A program made the position numbers and the translations under genes. This document shows, piece after piece, positions 50,911 to 64,000 of a DNA stretch of 64,000 nucleotides (its first letter is position 1; every line of letters starts with the position of its first letter). Source of the stretch: Mytilus californianus (Eukaryota); the NCBI RefSeq assembly GCF_021869535.1, contig NW_026262637.1, positions 2,604,001-2,668,000 on the forward strand, read 5' to 3'. The notes below the pieces were generated by a model. The model was not told the DNA's origin and searched no databases. It saw nothing but the letters and a program-made list of their open reading frames with translations.

Positions 50911-51829
50911 TGAGTTCTAAAGGCTGTGTGATCATTTGTATGTGATCTTCATAAAATGTTTTATGTTTAGACAATAATAAAATGTTGATCCTTGTGGATT
51001 TCTAATGAAATGATTTTCTAGTTTGTTTTACTTTGCAGTTGCATCAGAAAAAAAGACAATAATTTCCCCCCGTTTCAGTGCCAAAAATTTCCATTTAGAT
51101 TTTGAATTCAGTTTGGTATTAATGATCTTGAGATAGCAGTCATACAACAAAACAAACCAAATAAAAATTGATATTCTTATATGTTTTTACTTCAAAACAA
51201 GACAAGCAGATGTCCCTTCTTATGCTAAAGTCTTTGCAGACAAGCAGTGAAATTACTTGATGGTGTCTTTGGCTATGGTTTAGACATTTGATTAATATGT
51301 ATATAATGAGAAATAGTATACGTTGTAGAAACAGAAACCCTACAAAACAATAATAAAAATCAGAAAACTCTTAGAGGTCAACAAATGACATACATGTTCA
51401 ACAAGAAGAATATATCATCAAGCTGTGAATTGCTTAGAATATACACAAAATGAAAAATAAGACTAGTAAGACTATAAAAGGATTAATCACATTTCTTTAG
51501 CCAACATAGACAAGCTATTAAAACAATACGTGACTTGTTTTTATTGACGGTATATAATGAGATGTGTATAATTAATTGTCAAATTGTTATACGTATGATT
51601 CATTTATCTTATAATTTTTGAAACAATAACAAAACGGACACACCAAATGTTTGGGGTTTTTTTGGAAAATATTTTTTTTGAATTTTACATTTGTTAGAGA
51701 TACATAAAGTACCGGTACCTTATCCCGGCCTCGTTAAGGTTAGTATATAGCATTTCAGTGATAAGGTTAGTACTTGTTAGTGCACAATATATATAGTAAT
51801 AATGACATACATGCAACTGAATAGAAATA

Positions 51830-52330
51830 AGATAACATGATATATTATAAATTCTAATTCATGGAATTAATTTAATTTTTGCTGCAACCAGATTATGGAA
51901 TTTTTCATATTTGCCTTCTTTGTTTATCAATATTGCATGATATTGAAGAAATTTCTTTTTAAACATTTCAAACACATTAATTTGTTTTGTTTTTTTTCGG
52001 ATATATAGTATCCTTTGTATACAGTAAAAAGTATAATTGTTATTAAATCATTAATACTGTAATAACTTGTATCGTTTATTTTGTATCCGTACAAAAGTGA
52101 TCTAATTGATATTATTTGATGTCCTATTTTGAGTTTATCAAGTAATAGTTCCCAAAATGATTTCAGAAATTTGCATGTATAAAAATAGTGCTCATAATCT
52201 TCGATGACATCACAAATATTACATAGCGGAGTTTTAGTTATTTTCCAAGAGAAAAGTAATTTTTTGGTTGGTAAAATGTAAAAATATTTACACCATAGAT
52301 ACATAAGTTTATACATCTAATTTGACATGT
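51830..52330 (-). mobile_element. L1/Tx1 ORF2 C-terminal fragment (zinc-binding region)
   Basis: LFSWKITKTPLCNICDVIEDYEHYFYTCKFLKSFW. Confidence 0.75.
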
Positions 52331-52439
52331 ACTTTACATCCTGTCTACCTAATTACATAAGCCACAATAATGACATATATTAACTCATATATATTGTAGA
52401 TTCTAGTTTTACGTTGTAAAGGTGCTAATACTAGCAGAT

Positions 52440-52615
52440 CTTTCATCAGCTCCCTTACAAAACAAAAATATACCATCTACGTAAATTGCAACTGTAAAAC
52501 GGAGAACTCTGTTTATGTTTTAACATATAGCATCTGTGGAATTCAGTACGTGGAAGAAATATTCGGCTAGATAATCATCAATCCCATCACAAGACATCTT
52601 CGCTCTGATTTCACT
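52440..52615 (+). mobile_element. Penelope GIY-YIG endonuclease fragment (N-terminal part)
   Basis: KYTIYVNCNCKTENSVYVLTYSICGIQYVEE, then IRLDNHQS and PITRHLRS after deletions. Confidence 0.7.
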
Positions 52616-52624
52616 TTGGTAGAT

Positions 52625-55600
52625 AATAAATAAATATCTTATTTATTAGCACAAACTCATCAACAATAAATGGTTAAGGCTCATGGTATATTAATTACAT
52701 AGTTGATCATACATAATAAGTATTGCAAATAATGACTATATTAATATGTAATATTATAAACAATGATTATGAATTAGACATATTGACAATTTTATAGAGT
52801 TTGTTCTGCTTTACGCAGGTTCAGACTGTCTGAAATGAAAGAGGAAGTCAATTTTAGGATTGTGTATGAATTATTATTTAACAAAAAGATTATATTATTT
52901 TTATATTTTTGGAATTTTGTAGGATCAGCGATTATATTTGAAACTTTTTGGTAAAATATGGCCCTTTTAGTTGAGTATTTTTCACAATGTAAAAGAAAAT
53001 GTTTTTCATTTTCAATTTGACCAGAATTACCTACAGAGCAGTATCTCTCATTTCTGGGAATATTTAGATGTCTCCCTCTTTCAATCATCAGTATATGAGC
53101 GCTTATACGGATCTTACATATTGCAGCTCTGTCACTTCTGTTTTTCAATATATCAACATAGGGTGGTCTTCTGCCCATTATGTAGACACTCTTGAAAAAG
53201 TCTAACTTTTTTTATTCAAATATATTTGCATTTTGAACTTGCAAACATTGGCCATTAATTATTTGTTTAATGGAATTTAAATTACCTTTAACATAATTAA
53301 AGTTATTGATGATATAAGACATTCCAGGTCCATTCAAAAGACTCTTGACCTTTATGACCCAAGGGTTTGAATCTACAGATTTAGTGAATATATCATATGC
53401 CAAAGAATTTTCCGAAGAAACTATATGGTTCAGGTAGTTGAATATTGAATATAATATTTTATTTTTCAAGGGAATTCTATTACGTTCGGCTCGACATCCA
53501 TCATTAGATGCCTTACAGTGAACCCCTAATATATCTTTGATAAATTTAACATGAAGTTTTTCAAAGGGATCAGAGTCTTTAAAAATGTGAATCCACCCCC
53601 CAAATTTCACTACAATATGTAAGAATGGGAGTAACTAAACAACCAAACAATTTTTCAAGAAGTCTACAAAATGTTAAAAATGGTAGTTTATATAACTATG
53701 CAGATGACAATACTTTGTCTTTCTGTACTCCAAATTTTGATTTATTAATTTCAACTTTGGAATCTGAGTCAAAAATACTTATTGAGTGGTTCCGGGTGAA
53801 TAAAATGCAAGCAAATCCCGACAGGTTTCAAGTTTTGGCTGTTGGCAAAAAGACCTTTGAACAAAACCCATCTATACATATTCAAAACTCGAACCTTACA
53901 TGTGAAAAAACAGTAAAATTATTAGGCATTGAAATTGACTATCAGTTAAATTTTGATGTTCATATCAGCTCAATCTGTAGGAGGGCATCACAGCAATTAA
54001 ATGTTTTAAAACGTTTGGGCTCAGTTTTGGATAGACTTAGTAAACTTACTATTTTTCATACCTTTATTCTTAGTAATTTTAATTTTTGTCCTTTGGCATG
54101 GCATTTTTGCAATGAGAAAAATTCCAAAAAATTAGAAAAGGTGCAGGAAAGAGCACTCCGTTTTGTATATGAGGATTTTACCAGCCCCTACGTGGACCTC
54201 TTACTTAAAGCTAAGGTGCCCTCAATGCAGTTTAGCCGGATTAGAACAATGGCTCTAGAAACTTTTAAGATTATAAATAATATAGCTCCTGTGTGCTTAC
54301 AAAATTTGGTGAGTGTAAAAAAAATCTAAGTATTCTTTCAGGTATGTAAATATTCTGGATGTTCCACAGGTAAAGTCAACCCGTTACGGTAAAGAATCTT
54401 TCAAATTTGCTGCCGCTACTTTATGGAACAGCCTTCCAAACCATTTCAGAACTGAAAATAGTTTTTCACATTTTAAAAGTCTTGTTCAGTCCTGGAACGG
54501 CTTGGAATGTCGCTGTTCTGCTTGCAGATAATTCTTGAGATGTTTATTATTTATGTTGCTTTTGGTTGCTCTGGTCTAGCATGTTTTATTTCATTTTAAA
54601 CTTGTTGCTAAATTTTTATTGCATGCTATGTAAGTGAGATTTAACTTCGTATAACAGGTTGTTTTATATGTCAAATTAGACTGTTTTTATGTTATGTATA
54701 TGTTTTTATATTCGGTCAAAAGCTCCTTAGAGCTTGTGTTGTGTCTTTTAACTTATGCCGAATCAAAATAAAGTTTTCTTATCTTATCTTATTACATGGG
54801 TTGTTGAGACCTATAGTTTTCTTTATCTTATAGTATGCCTTCCTGACTTTTTCCATTAGAGTATTCACAGCAAGGCAAAAATTGCCATTATACTTGAAAA
54901 CAATACCCAAGTAACAATAATTTGTAACCGTTTCAAGATATGCATTTTCATAGGTAAAATGGTTGAACAATGTCTTGCCATTAAAATTAAATATCATAAC
55001 TTTTGATTTATCAGTATTAACTTGTAGTTTCCATGATGAACAATATTCATGTAAACTATCAAGAGATTTTTGTAGACCCTCTTTGCTTTCAGATAGTAAA
55101 ACAATATCGTCTGTATATAAAAGAATGTTCAAAGAGGTATCCCCAATGGCAACTGGATCCGTATGTTTTTTATCAAGATTACCTACTAGTTAATTTATAA
55201 AATAGTTAAAAAGAAGGGGACTCAATACGTCGCCTTGTTTAACACCCCTTTCTGATAGGAATGAAGGACTCAGCCCATTAGAGAATTTTATTCTACATAC
55301 TGTATCAGTATACATTAAATAAATAAATAACTTTAAACATTTTTTGGGGGATATTATGTTTTATGAGTTAAGAAAATAAACCTAGTCGCCATACGGTATC
55401 AAATGCCTTTTTTAAGTCTATGAAGGCAGCAAAAACTTTTTCTTTTTTTGTCTATATTGATCAGTTATGGTCTTAAGAGTGAATATGTGGTCATCTGTAC
55501 GACTTTTCTCTTTAAAACCAATTTGATTTTTTTGATATCCATAAATTTTACTAAACGTTTATATAAAACTTTATTGAAAAGTTTACCCAGGTTGGAACTA

Positions 55601-56535
55601 ATAGATATACCTCTATAGTTCCCTGGATCAAATTTGTCCCCTTTCTTATGCAAGAGAACAAGTAAGCTTTCATTCCATATTCTCGGAAATTGACCAGATT
55701 CGAATATGCTATTAAAGAGTTTATGAAGTGGTTTTATTAAAACAGGGATTGCATTTTTCAACATTTCATTTGAAATCATGTCGGCTGATGTGCTTTTGCA
55801 ATTTTTAATTAAACGAATAGCTGTTACTATCTCTTCAATTGTTATCTCTGAACTCAAGTGAGTCAAGTCATCTGTAACATGTGATAAATTAAACTTTTCT
55901 TTTAGAGAGTCAAAATCTTTAATAATTTTAGAGTGAAAACTATTGTGGTTTATGTCACAGCTATTCATTTTTTTATAAAACTGGATGAAATCTTCTTGTG
56001 GTAAAGATTCGTTTTGTTGGTTATTACTTTTTTGTCTACTTAATGTATTCTCAAAATGTTCCAAAACATCTTTGGGTCTTTCTCACATGTATAAAGTTCT
56101 GAAAATATATCTTTTTTGTTTTTATTTTCTTCATATTTACATAGACGTCTAAGTTTAGATCTGAAAGAATAAAATTTATGTCTGTATTCAGAATTATAGG
56201 GATGTTTATTAACTAACTTTTCATAATTTTTTACTGTAACACCAAGTTCACGGCAAGATTCAGAAAACCAAGGTCGTCTTTTTGACCTATTTTGATTTTT
56301 ATTTCTGACTAGGACTTTCTTAACTAGTTTAGCAGACTTGAAAGCATTTTCATATAGTATAGTATTAAATGAATTTACTGCTGATTCAGAGTATTTAAAA
56401 GTGGATTTCAAAAACTGTTCAAATTTGATTTTACTCTCTATACTGTTACTATTTAATGTGTAGAGATGGATTGCTTCAGGGGTCCATATAAACTTATTTG
56501 GGATAGGGTCCAACTGATATTGGTAGATGCAAGTA
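52625..56535 (-). mobile_element. 5'-truncated APE-RT LINE (RTEX/CR1-like), frameshifted and interrupted by another LINE
   Basis: DMISNEMLK, NYRGISISSNLGKLF, LLYTDDIVLL, YCSEIWG, LGVHCKASN and RISAHILMIERGRH; AATAAA plus TTTA tail at ~52625-52655. Clade assignment is tentative. Confidence 0.85.
53679..54792 (+). mobile_element. 5'-truncated CR1/L2-type LINE nested in the previous element
   Basis: YADDNTL, KLLGIEID, FNFCPLAWHFC and LEKVQERALR; (ATCTT)n tail; TSD TACA at 53675-53678 and 54793-54796. Confidence 0.9.
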
Positions 56536-57059
56536 CATTGCGTTTATTTTTTTATCGCATTATAAACAATTTAAACATCTAAATATTGAAATAGTGTGTA
56601 AAAATTACATTGTATGACAATTAATATATTTTAAAATATATTTATATGTAAGTGCCTATAAATAGCAGCACATGACATACAAATCTATGGGAGTGTGGAT
56701 TAATCAGTACAGAGATTAATTCAATTACACAAATAAAATTATAGATTGCCTAACAATGTAATTTTAACACACTATTTAGTATGTAAATATAAGAATGTTT
56801 AAAATACTTACAAAATGATGAAAATAAACGCAATATTTCGCTGGACTAACTAGCTTTATCAAGCGTGCATCTATCCAGGTGAAATCGGATGTAGATGATA
56901 AGAAACTTTTGGAGCTCAATGTATATGTTGCACTTGAATTTAGCTGCCTTCGTTGAAAATAATACATAATTTGGATGAAGTTCAAGATTTTTACAAAATT
57001 GGTAGTTGAAGTTAGCAACGTCCATTGGCCAATATTACAGGATAAAAAGGAGTACTAAA

Positions 57060-57305
57060 TTATTCTTTATCTTTCCTGTATCTTTTCTCATCTTTTTCGT
57101 TAAGACCATCAGGTTCTAAAGTGTGGAGTTGGTGGATCCAAAAATGTTCTCTTCTCCTTCTCGCCGTGGTTTCCCACTCGGTGTTGACTTCTATGATTTG
57201 GAAAGTAACATTATCAAAAGAATGTTTCGTTGAACGAAGATGTCTTGTGAGAGGACAGTTTTTGTTGGTTTTGTACCATGAACGATAGTTATTGAGCCGA
57301 ATTAT
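57060..57305 (-). mobile_element. Penelope GIY-YIG endonuclease fragment (C-terminal part)
   Basis: IRLNNYRSWYKTNKNCPLTRHLRS...RRRREHFWIHQLHTLEPDGLN. Confidence 0.8.
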
Positions 57306-57459
57306 AATATATTTATATGTCATATATAATACAGTACTTGTTGTATGTATGTATGTAATGTAATCATTGTGACTAACCCCCCCCCCCCCCCCCCCCCCCC
57401 CCCGAGAATGGTGTTGCTTTCTATAATTTACTGGGTTGTTACATAATAGGACGCTTTCC

Positions 57460-58185
57460 AGTCACATGTTCAATGTCCTTGACCTCATTTTCATGGTTCA
57501 GTGACTAAGATTTTTTGTAATGTTAAATTCTCTCTTATTATAAGTAATAGGATAACTATATCTGGTATGTGCGTACCTTGCAAGGTCCTCATGCCCCGTC
57601 AGACAGTTTTCACTTGACCTCGACTTCATTTCATGGATCAGTGAACAAGGTTAAGTTTTGGTGGTCAAGTCCATATCTCAGATTCTATAAGCAATAGGTC
57701 ACGTAAAGTATATTCGGTGTATGGAAGGACTGTAAGGTGTACATGTCCAACTGGCAGGTGTCATCTGACCTTGACCTCATTTTCATGGTTCAGTGGTTAT
57801 AGTTAGGTTTTGTGTTTTGGTCTGTTTTTCTTATACTGTATGCAATAGGTCTACTATATTTGGTGTATGGAATAATGTTAAGGTGTACATGTCTAGCTGG
57901 CAGGTGACATCTGACCTTGACCTCGTTTTCATGTATCAGTGGTCAAAGTTAAGTTTTTGAGTTTTGGTCTTTTTTTCTAATACTATATGCAATAGGTCAA
58001 ATGTATTTGGTGTATGGAAATTTTTTATGATCTATATGTCGTCGCGAAGGTTTTATTTGACTTTGACCCATTTTCCCAGTTCATTGCTCAGTATTAAGTT
58101 TTTGTGTTTTGGTCTGTTTTTCTTAAACAATAAGCAATAGGTCTATTATATTTGTTGTATTGAAAAATTGTTAGCTGTACATGCC
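57460..58185 (-). repeat. 146-bp tandem array (about 5 units) with TGACCTTGACC motif
   Basis: gacctc at 57481, 57773 and 57919 gives a 146-bp period. It resembles bivalve Helentron-associated satellite units (inference). Confidence 0.85.
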
Positions 58186-58227
58186 TGCCTGTGGTGTTCA
58201 CATTTCTAAGTGCTACATATGTAAACC

Positions 58228-60136
58228 AGAGGAGCCTGTGACGCTCACCTGATTTATGTTTAAAATTGATGCATGAAATAATGCAACTGTTATATTTTGC
58301 TTTAGTTTCATAGATATAAGTCAAAAACTGCATTTTACCCCTACATACTAATTTTAGCCATGGCAGCCATCTTGGTTGGAAGGTGAGGTCATAGGTCACA
58401 TTTTTTCAACTAGATGCCCTAATGATGATTGTGGATAAGTTTGGTCGAATTTGTCATATCTGTTTCAGAGAAGAAGATTACAAAATTTTACAAAAAAAAA
58501 GTTAAAAATTGACATTAAAGGGCACAAATTCCATAAAGGGATAATTGAAAATTTTTGTAATGTTGACTTATATGTAATAAAATAATAATAAAATTCTTTA
58601 TTTAACGAAGGTAACACATTTAACAATTACATGTTAATCTTCCATGAGGCCTTCAAAAACTATTAATACAAATAGAAAAGAAAAAAAAAACAAAATACAA
58701 ACAAAATAAAATACATAATACTGTTATACATAGCGGCTTAAATATTGAATAAGTACATATGCATTCAATAGAAGAAGAAAAAATACATTAGAATCAAGCA
58801 TCTTCATTCTGTACAGTTAGAAAATAGTTTGAACATTTCATCTTAAATGTATCTAAATTATTTATTTCTTTAATATTATTTGGTAAATTATTCCAATAAG
58901 ACCAGAATATTTAAATGTTCTTTTTAAAAATTCAGAATTAGGTCTTGGTACATGAAGAAGTCTTGATGTTGTCGACCTGAGACAATAATTATAAAGATCA
59001 GTACAAGCAGTAAATTTAATAGATAGATAATCAGGTGCTAGACCATTCATACATTTAAACATTAACACAGCTTGAAAATATTGTATTCTTGTAAATATAG
59101 TCATCCATGCAAGCTTTTAAAACATTAATGTTGATGGAAAATCAAAAGAAACAGATAAAACTAATCTTGCAGCACGTTTTTGGAGCTTACCGGTATGTAT
59201 CCTCTCCAGATGACAGTTTGTGGTAAGACCCCATACTGTACAACAGTAGTCAATAATGGGTAATATATAGCTATTGTAAAAAAGAATAAGACCCTTTAAC
59301 GGTAAATAACGTTTCAACCTTTTTAACAGGTATATTCTGGTTGAAATAGTTTCGCATATTTTATCAATTTGATTTGACCATGATAGATTTTTATCAATAT
59401 GAATTCCAAGAAGTTTTTCAACTTCAACATTATCTAAAGTGATATTATCTTGTGATAAAACACATAAACATTCATTGCAGCTTTCCAGTTTTCTGTCTGA
59501 TCCAACAAGCATACATTTTGATTTCTTGCTATTTATCATCATATCGTTTTCTTTACACCATTTAATAACATTGTCTAAGTCTTTATTCAAACATATATTT
59601 AAATTTACAATAGATTTAGATGACAAATGTAAAGTTGTATCATTAGCATATAGATCAGATTCTGTATATTCTAAGGTTAATGGTAAGTCATTGATATAAA
59701 TAAGGAACAATAAAGGTCCAAGTATAGATCTTACTTTGCTGAACATTATTGCTGTTTACAATTTGTCTCTATCTATAATAATATTCTAGCTTATAACCAA
59801 AAATGGAAAAAAAAAAATTAAAATTACCAATTTAGATTTGTCTGAATTTTAGGGCAGATAAATCTTGACCTGATGAACATTTTTACCCCATTGTCAGATT
59901 TGCTCTAAATGTTTTGGTTACAGGGATATATGCCAAAATCTTCATTTTATCCCAATGCTCTATTTTTAGCCATGACAGCCATCTTGGTAGGCCGGGTCAT
60001 CAGACATATTTTTTAAACAAGATGCCCCAATAATGACCAAATTTGGTCAACTTTTGCTCAGTAGTTACAGAGATGATTTTAGTAAAATTAAAGGAAGGAC
60101 GCCAAGTGATGAGAAAAGCTAACCTCGCCCAGCTAA
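58228..60136 (+). mobile_element. HINE-like element halves (58228-58520 and ~59815-60136) flanking a LINE
   Basis: Both halves carry ttttagccatg.cagccatcttgg. Head accagaggagcctgtgacgctcacctg; tail gacgccaagtgatgagaaaagct...cagctaaaaa. Confidence 0.5.
58565..59760 (-). mobile_element. 5'-truncated CR1/L2-group LINE
   Basis: SILGPLLFLIYINDLP, YANDTTL, KLLGIHID, DYCCTVWG and LQKRAARL; 3' GAAGGCC..CCTTC stem, AATAAA and (ATT)n tail. Confidence 0.9.
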
Positions 60137-61614
60137 AAAGATGATGTGAATTTTTTTAACATGCAAGTTCACAAGAAAGTCCTAATGGAAATGTGTCATC
60201 CTATCCCAGACTCAATATTTCGACTCCAAACACCAGCATGCTTAGCGTAAGAACCAGTATATACCAATTTTAGAGTCTAGTTCCACTTTGTTGTGCTTCA
60301 AACACTGACAAGAGTACCGAGGCTGTTTTTAAAAAGTTTAAAAGAGGCTTGGATATAAAATGATGTATGCCATTATAGAATGGCTTAGTGACCCATTTTG
60401 TATGTTGCTTGTGAAGTACACACTACACACAATTTCAGCATTCTAAGACTGATAAAACGTATATGATGATAATGAACTACAAACAGGACAGCAAAGATAC
60501 AGAAGAAACATTAGACCAAGAAATTTATATAAGACTGGAAAGCAAATTTTCTCAGAATAAATGAAACATTAATATAGGGTAAGTGTGCTGATCACTGCAT
60601 CTATAACTCTAAGATAATGCTGTTAAAATTGATGAAAAGCTGCAACCCTATCAAGTCACTGAGAAGTGCTACAATGTTTATATATAAGCAGCACATAATC
60701 AGTAACAAAAAAGGCTGTTAACTTGTTAATTTTTGACAGCAGTACTTTTAGAAGTTAAAATGTTTACTCCAGATTTTTGAAGAAAATAAGAACTACACAA
60801 GAGAAAAAAGAAAACTGCACTTCCATTAGACCAGTACATCAAGCCCTTATAAAGAAATTAACATTCTCTCCCTAACTACTTTACATACAGCTCTCAATAT
60901 TACCCTCATCTACTCAATTTTTCCTTTTTCTCCCTATAGAACATATATCCATACATACCACTCTCATTATTTACCCTCATCCTCCCTCCATTTCTGTCTT
61001 ATCCAATATCAACCTTAACCACCTATATTAGCCTACTCTGTGTGTTAAATATCCCCATGAAAGTGTTAGTTGATGAAAAGATTTTAATCATGAAGTTCCA
61101 GGCATGGAAGAATGAAAAATTTCAATACTGAAAAGACAATCTAAACTTTTCATGTTTTTTTTTTAATATTGAGCAAATTTGGAGTTGTAGTTTTTATTTC
61201 AATATTAAATGGTTATTATTTTTAAAATTAGGGTAACAGCCAAAGTTACAATAAGCCAAAATGTGTGATGTAAATTTTATTTGAAGAAATTATCCTTGAA
61301 TAACCATTTTGCAGCCAAAATATATATTTAATTGAAAGGTGTAAAAAATATTTAAAAAAAATGAAAAAAAATAGTCTAAAGTAAAAATTGCCAAAAGTTT
61401 TTAAAATGCCAAATGGTACAAAAGTACCTGTCTGCTAATGTACTAGCCAGCTGGCCTGAGGGTTATCTGGACTTTAAGGTGCTAGTTCACCGAAACAAAT
61501 GGCCGCAGTGACCACCAGTCTCTTCCTTTCGGAGTACCAATTTTAGAGTCTCTGATTTGACTAAAGCATGACTTATACAGCCAATATGAAAAAACCTGAA
61601 CCATTTAACAAATA

Positions 61615-62172
61615 AAAAAAACCATCCCCAATTAAAATTTAGATAAAAAGTTAAAAACACCCCCAATTAAAATATGGATAAAAATTTAAAACATCCCCAA
61701 TCAAAATTTGAATAAAAAATAAAAACATCCCCAATTAAAATTTGGATAAAAAGTTAAAAACATCCCCAATTAAAATTTGAATAAAAGATAAAAACATCCC
61801 CAAATTAAAATTTGAATAAAAAATAAAAACATCCCCAATAAAAATTTGATTAAAAGATAAAAACATCCCCAATTAAAATATGGATAAAAAGATAAAAACA
61901 TCCCCAATAAAAATTTGAATAAAAGATAAAAACATCCCCAATTAAAATATGGATAAAAAGATAAAAACATCCCCAATAAAAATTTGAATAAAAGATAAAA
62001 ACATCCCCAATTAAAATTTGAATAAAAGATAAAAACATCCCCAATTAAAATTTGGATAAAAGATAAAAACATCCCCAATAAAAATTTGAATAAAAGATAA
62101 AAACATCCCCAATAAAAATTTGATTAAAAGATAAAAACATTCCCAATTAAAATATGGATAAAAAGATAAAAA
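61615..62172. repeat. 34-35-bp minisatellite (AAAAACATCCCCAATTAAAATTTGAATAAAAGAT)n, about 16 copies
   Basis: catcccc at 61933, 61968, 62002 and onward. Confidence 0.95.
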
Positions 62173-64000
62173 CGGTCGGTCTGACCAAGTCACCCTTGGT
62201 CACGGTCCAACTGAGTGATCGATCTCACTCAGTTCATGCATGGTACTATGGAAAAGGTTTAGACCACGACTGGGTCGCAGTCTGACCAAGTCACCCTTGG
62301 TCTGACGGTCAGGGTCCAACTGAGTGATCTATCTCCCTCAGTTCATACCAGTACTAGCAGATACTTGATATGTATGGCGGGGACGTTACTATACCTAAAT
62401 GGGAGGTATAGTATCTGTGAACCCTAAACACAGATGGCGACTTAACTTCCCATACATGTAATCAAATATCCAATGCTATTACTGTTATTGTTATATTATG
62501 TTTATAAAATAACTAATGAAAAACCTACCACAATAATTAGATAAAAACATTGCATCCAAGTTTCCTGTGGCAAGAAGTGAAATATTTTTTTTATACAAGT
62601 TCAAATGTACTAAGTAGTCCAGTTTTAGTTGGTTTCCTTAAGGTTTTCAAAAGGCTCCAAGAAGATGTCACCTTTTGGGTAAATACAATGTGACAGTAAC
62701 TCAACAATAGAGTAAAACCAAAAAAAAGCTATGAAAATGTCAAAGTACAGTCTTTCCCAATAAACGATAATAACTAATGGTATCTTATTCTTTTTGCCTT
62801 GCAAGTCTTTGCATGAAAAATGTCACATCTATGTCATACAAATGCTAGTCAGATTACCTCCACATAGCTTTGAAATAACTATCAAATGTTGATTATTGTC
62901 TAATGACAATGTACCTTCATTTTAAAGGTATACTGTGCATAAAACATAACAGGTCCTGATATTCTTGATCCGAGGTTACACAAGGGTCAGATGACAGACA
63001 GTGTTTATTACTATATACTAGTAGTACAAATTAGAAGGTACTTATTTCATGATGTAGGTGTTAAAAACTATAGGTCACTGTAAGCAAGTTATAAGAGGCG
63101 CCAATATAACAAAACATGATACAATTTCAAATGCAGAAACCATTATGGCCTGATCTATGTAAAAAAAACAAGCGAAAAAAAACAATTCGAAATGATTACC
63201 ATTGAATTAAAAGTGAACCTCAAAATCGACAGGAATCGCCATACCCCAAAACATAATTCAGAAGATGGAGAGTTGTCTCATTGGTACTCATACCACATCT
63301 TCTTATATCTATAGAATCACTATACCCTAAAATATTATTCTGAAGGGATAAATATAACCTGAAATATTATTACAAGCAAATACCAGCTTTTAGTCTTGTG
63401 TAGTCTGACCCAGCCAGGGATTTAAACTCAAAAACTCTTCCTCACAAAATAACTGAAACAAGATTATTTCTAAAAAGCGGAACAAAATTGAAACATAAAA
63501 AAAATCAAATAAATGTTATTTATTAAAATGAGAAATGATTTATGTAGCAATCACCTTATATAATACTGCTACTTAAAACATAAGAATATGGCAATATTGA
63601 AAAAAAATACACCCTGCTTTAAAAAAAACTCATACATTGTAGGGAAGAATCATAGGCGTTTAATTGTTACAGAAATTTCAACTTTACAATCGTTATGAAC
63701 TAGCAAACAGGGAAATTAGGTCATTTTATTCCACTTGATAATAGTAAATAGGAAAACAAATAATAATATATTACATTTTTTGTGACTACTAAACATACAA
63801 GTAAAACAATACTAGCATTCTATAAAATATACCATTCCTTCTAATGCATTATGAAATACTATTTGACATTTCTTTTTAACTATTGCAAAAGAAATCACTT
63901 ACTAAAATCAAGAGGAGCAATGTTCAATTTCATGGACAGGGTTTTAAATATTATTTTAAAGCTAAGAAAAAATTTACGAAGTCACAGGATTAACCATTAA

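Noticed and set aside
53625-54329. 234-aa ORF as an intact gene
   Set aside because: The first ~18 codons are the antisense strand of the host LINE and the rest is a truncated RT; the ORF is a junction artefact.
61770-62193. Repetitive ORFs in the 34-bp array (likewise 41712-41924, 30855-31097, 32665-33009, 16656-16958)
   Set aside because: Translations of minisatellites or simple repeats.

Overview
Very AT-rich eukaryotic genomic DNA, dense in repeats. The repeat families resemble those I associate with bivalve molluscs, probably Mytilus; this is inference from repeat content, not a database result. The main discovery is a spliced minus-strand leucine-rich-repeat (LRR) gene that the ORF track mostly misses. 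It has a signal-peptide plus LRR N-cap exon (35070-34883), then eight phase-2 single-LRR exons of 72 nt (one is 69 nt) between 30433 and 10490, plus one broken exon copy. Seven of these exons lie in tandemly duplicated exon+intron units of two alternating types (A and B). The array includes one apparent B/A crossover chimera, a hairpin behind A-type donors, and an exon-less intron unit. A 5'-truncated L1/Tx1 LINE with a 21-bp TSD sits just downstream of the last exon I found, and no LRR C-cap exon is visible. The rest is transposon debris: L1/Tx1, CR1/L2-type and RTEX-like LINEs (one cleanly nested), Penelope-like RT and GIY-YIG remnants, a hammerhead-bearing repeat, a Gypsy gag remnant, Kolobok/CACTA-like MITEs, Helentron-like elements and several minisatellites. 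No rRNA, tRNA or CRISPR was seen. Coordinates were read by eye: exon and TSD boundaries were counted base by base, while repeat boundaries are approximate.
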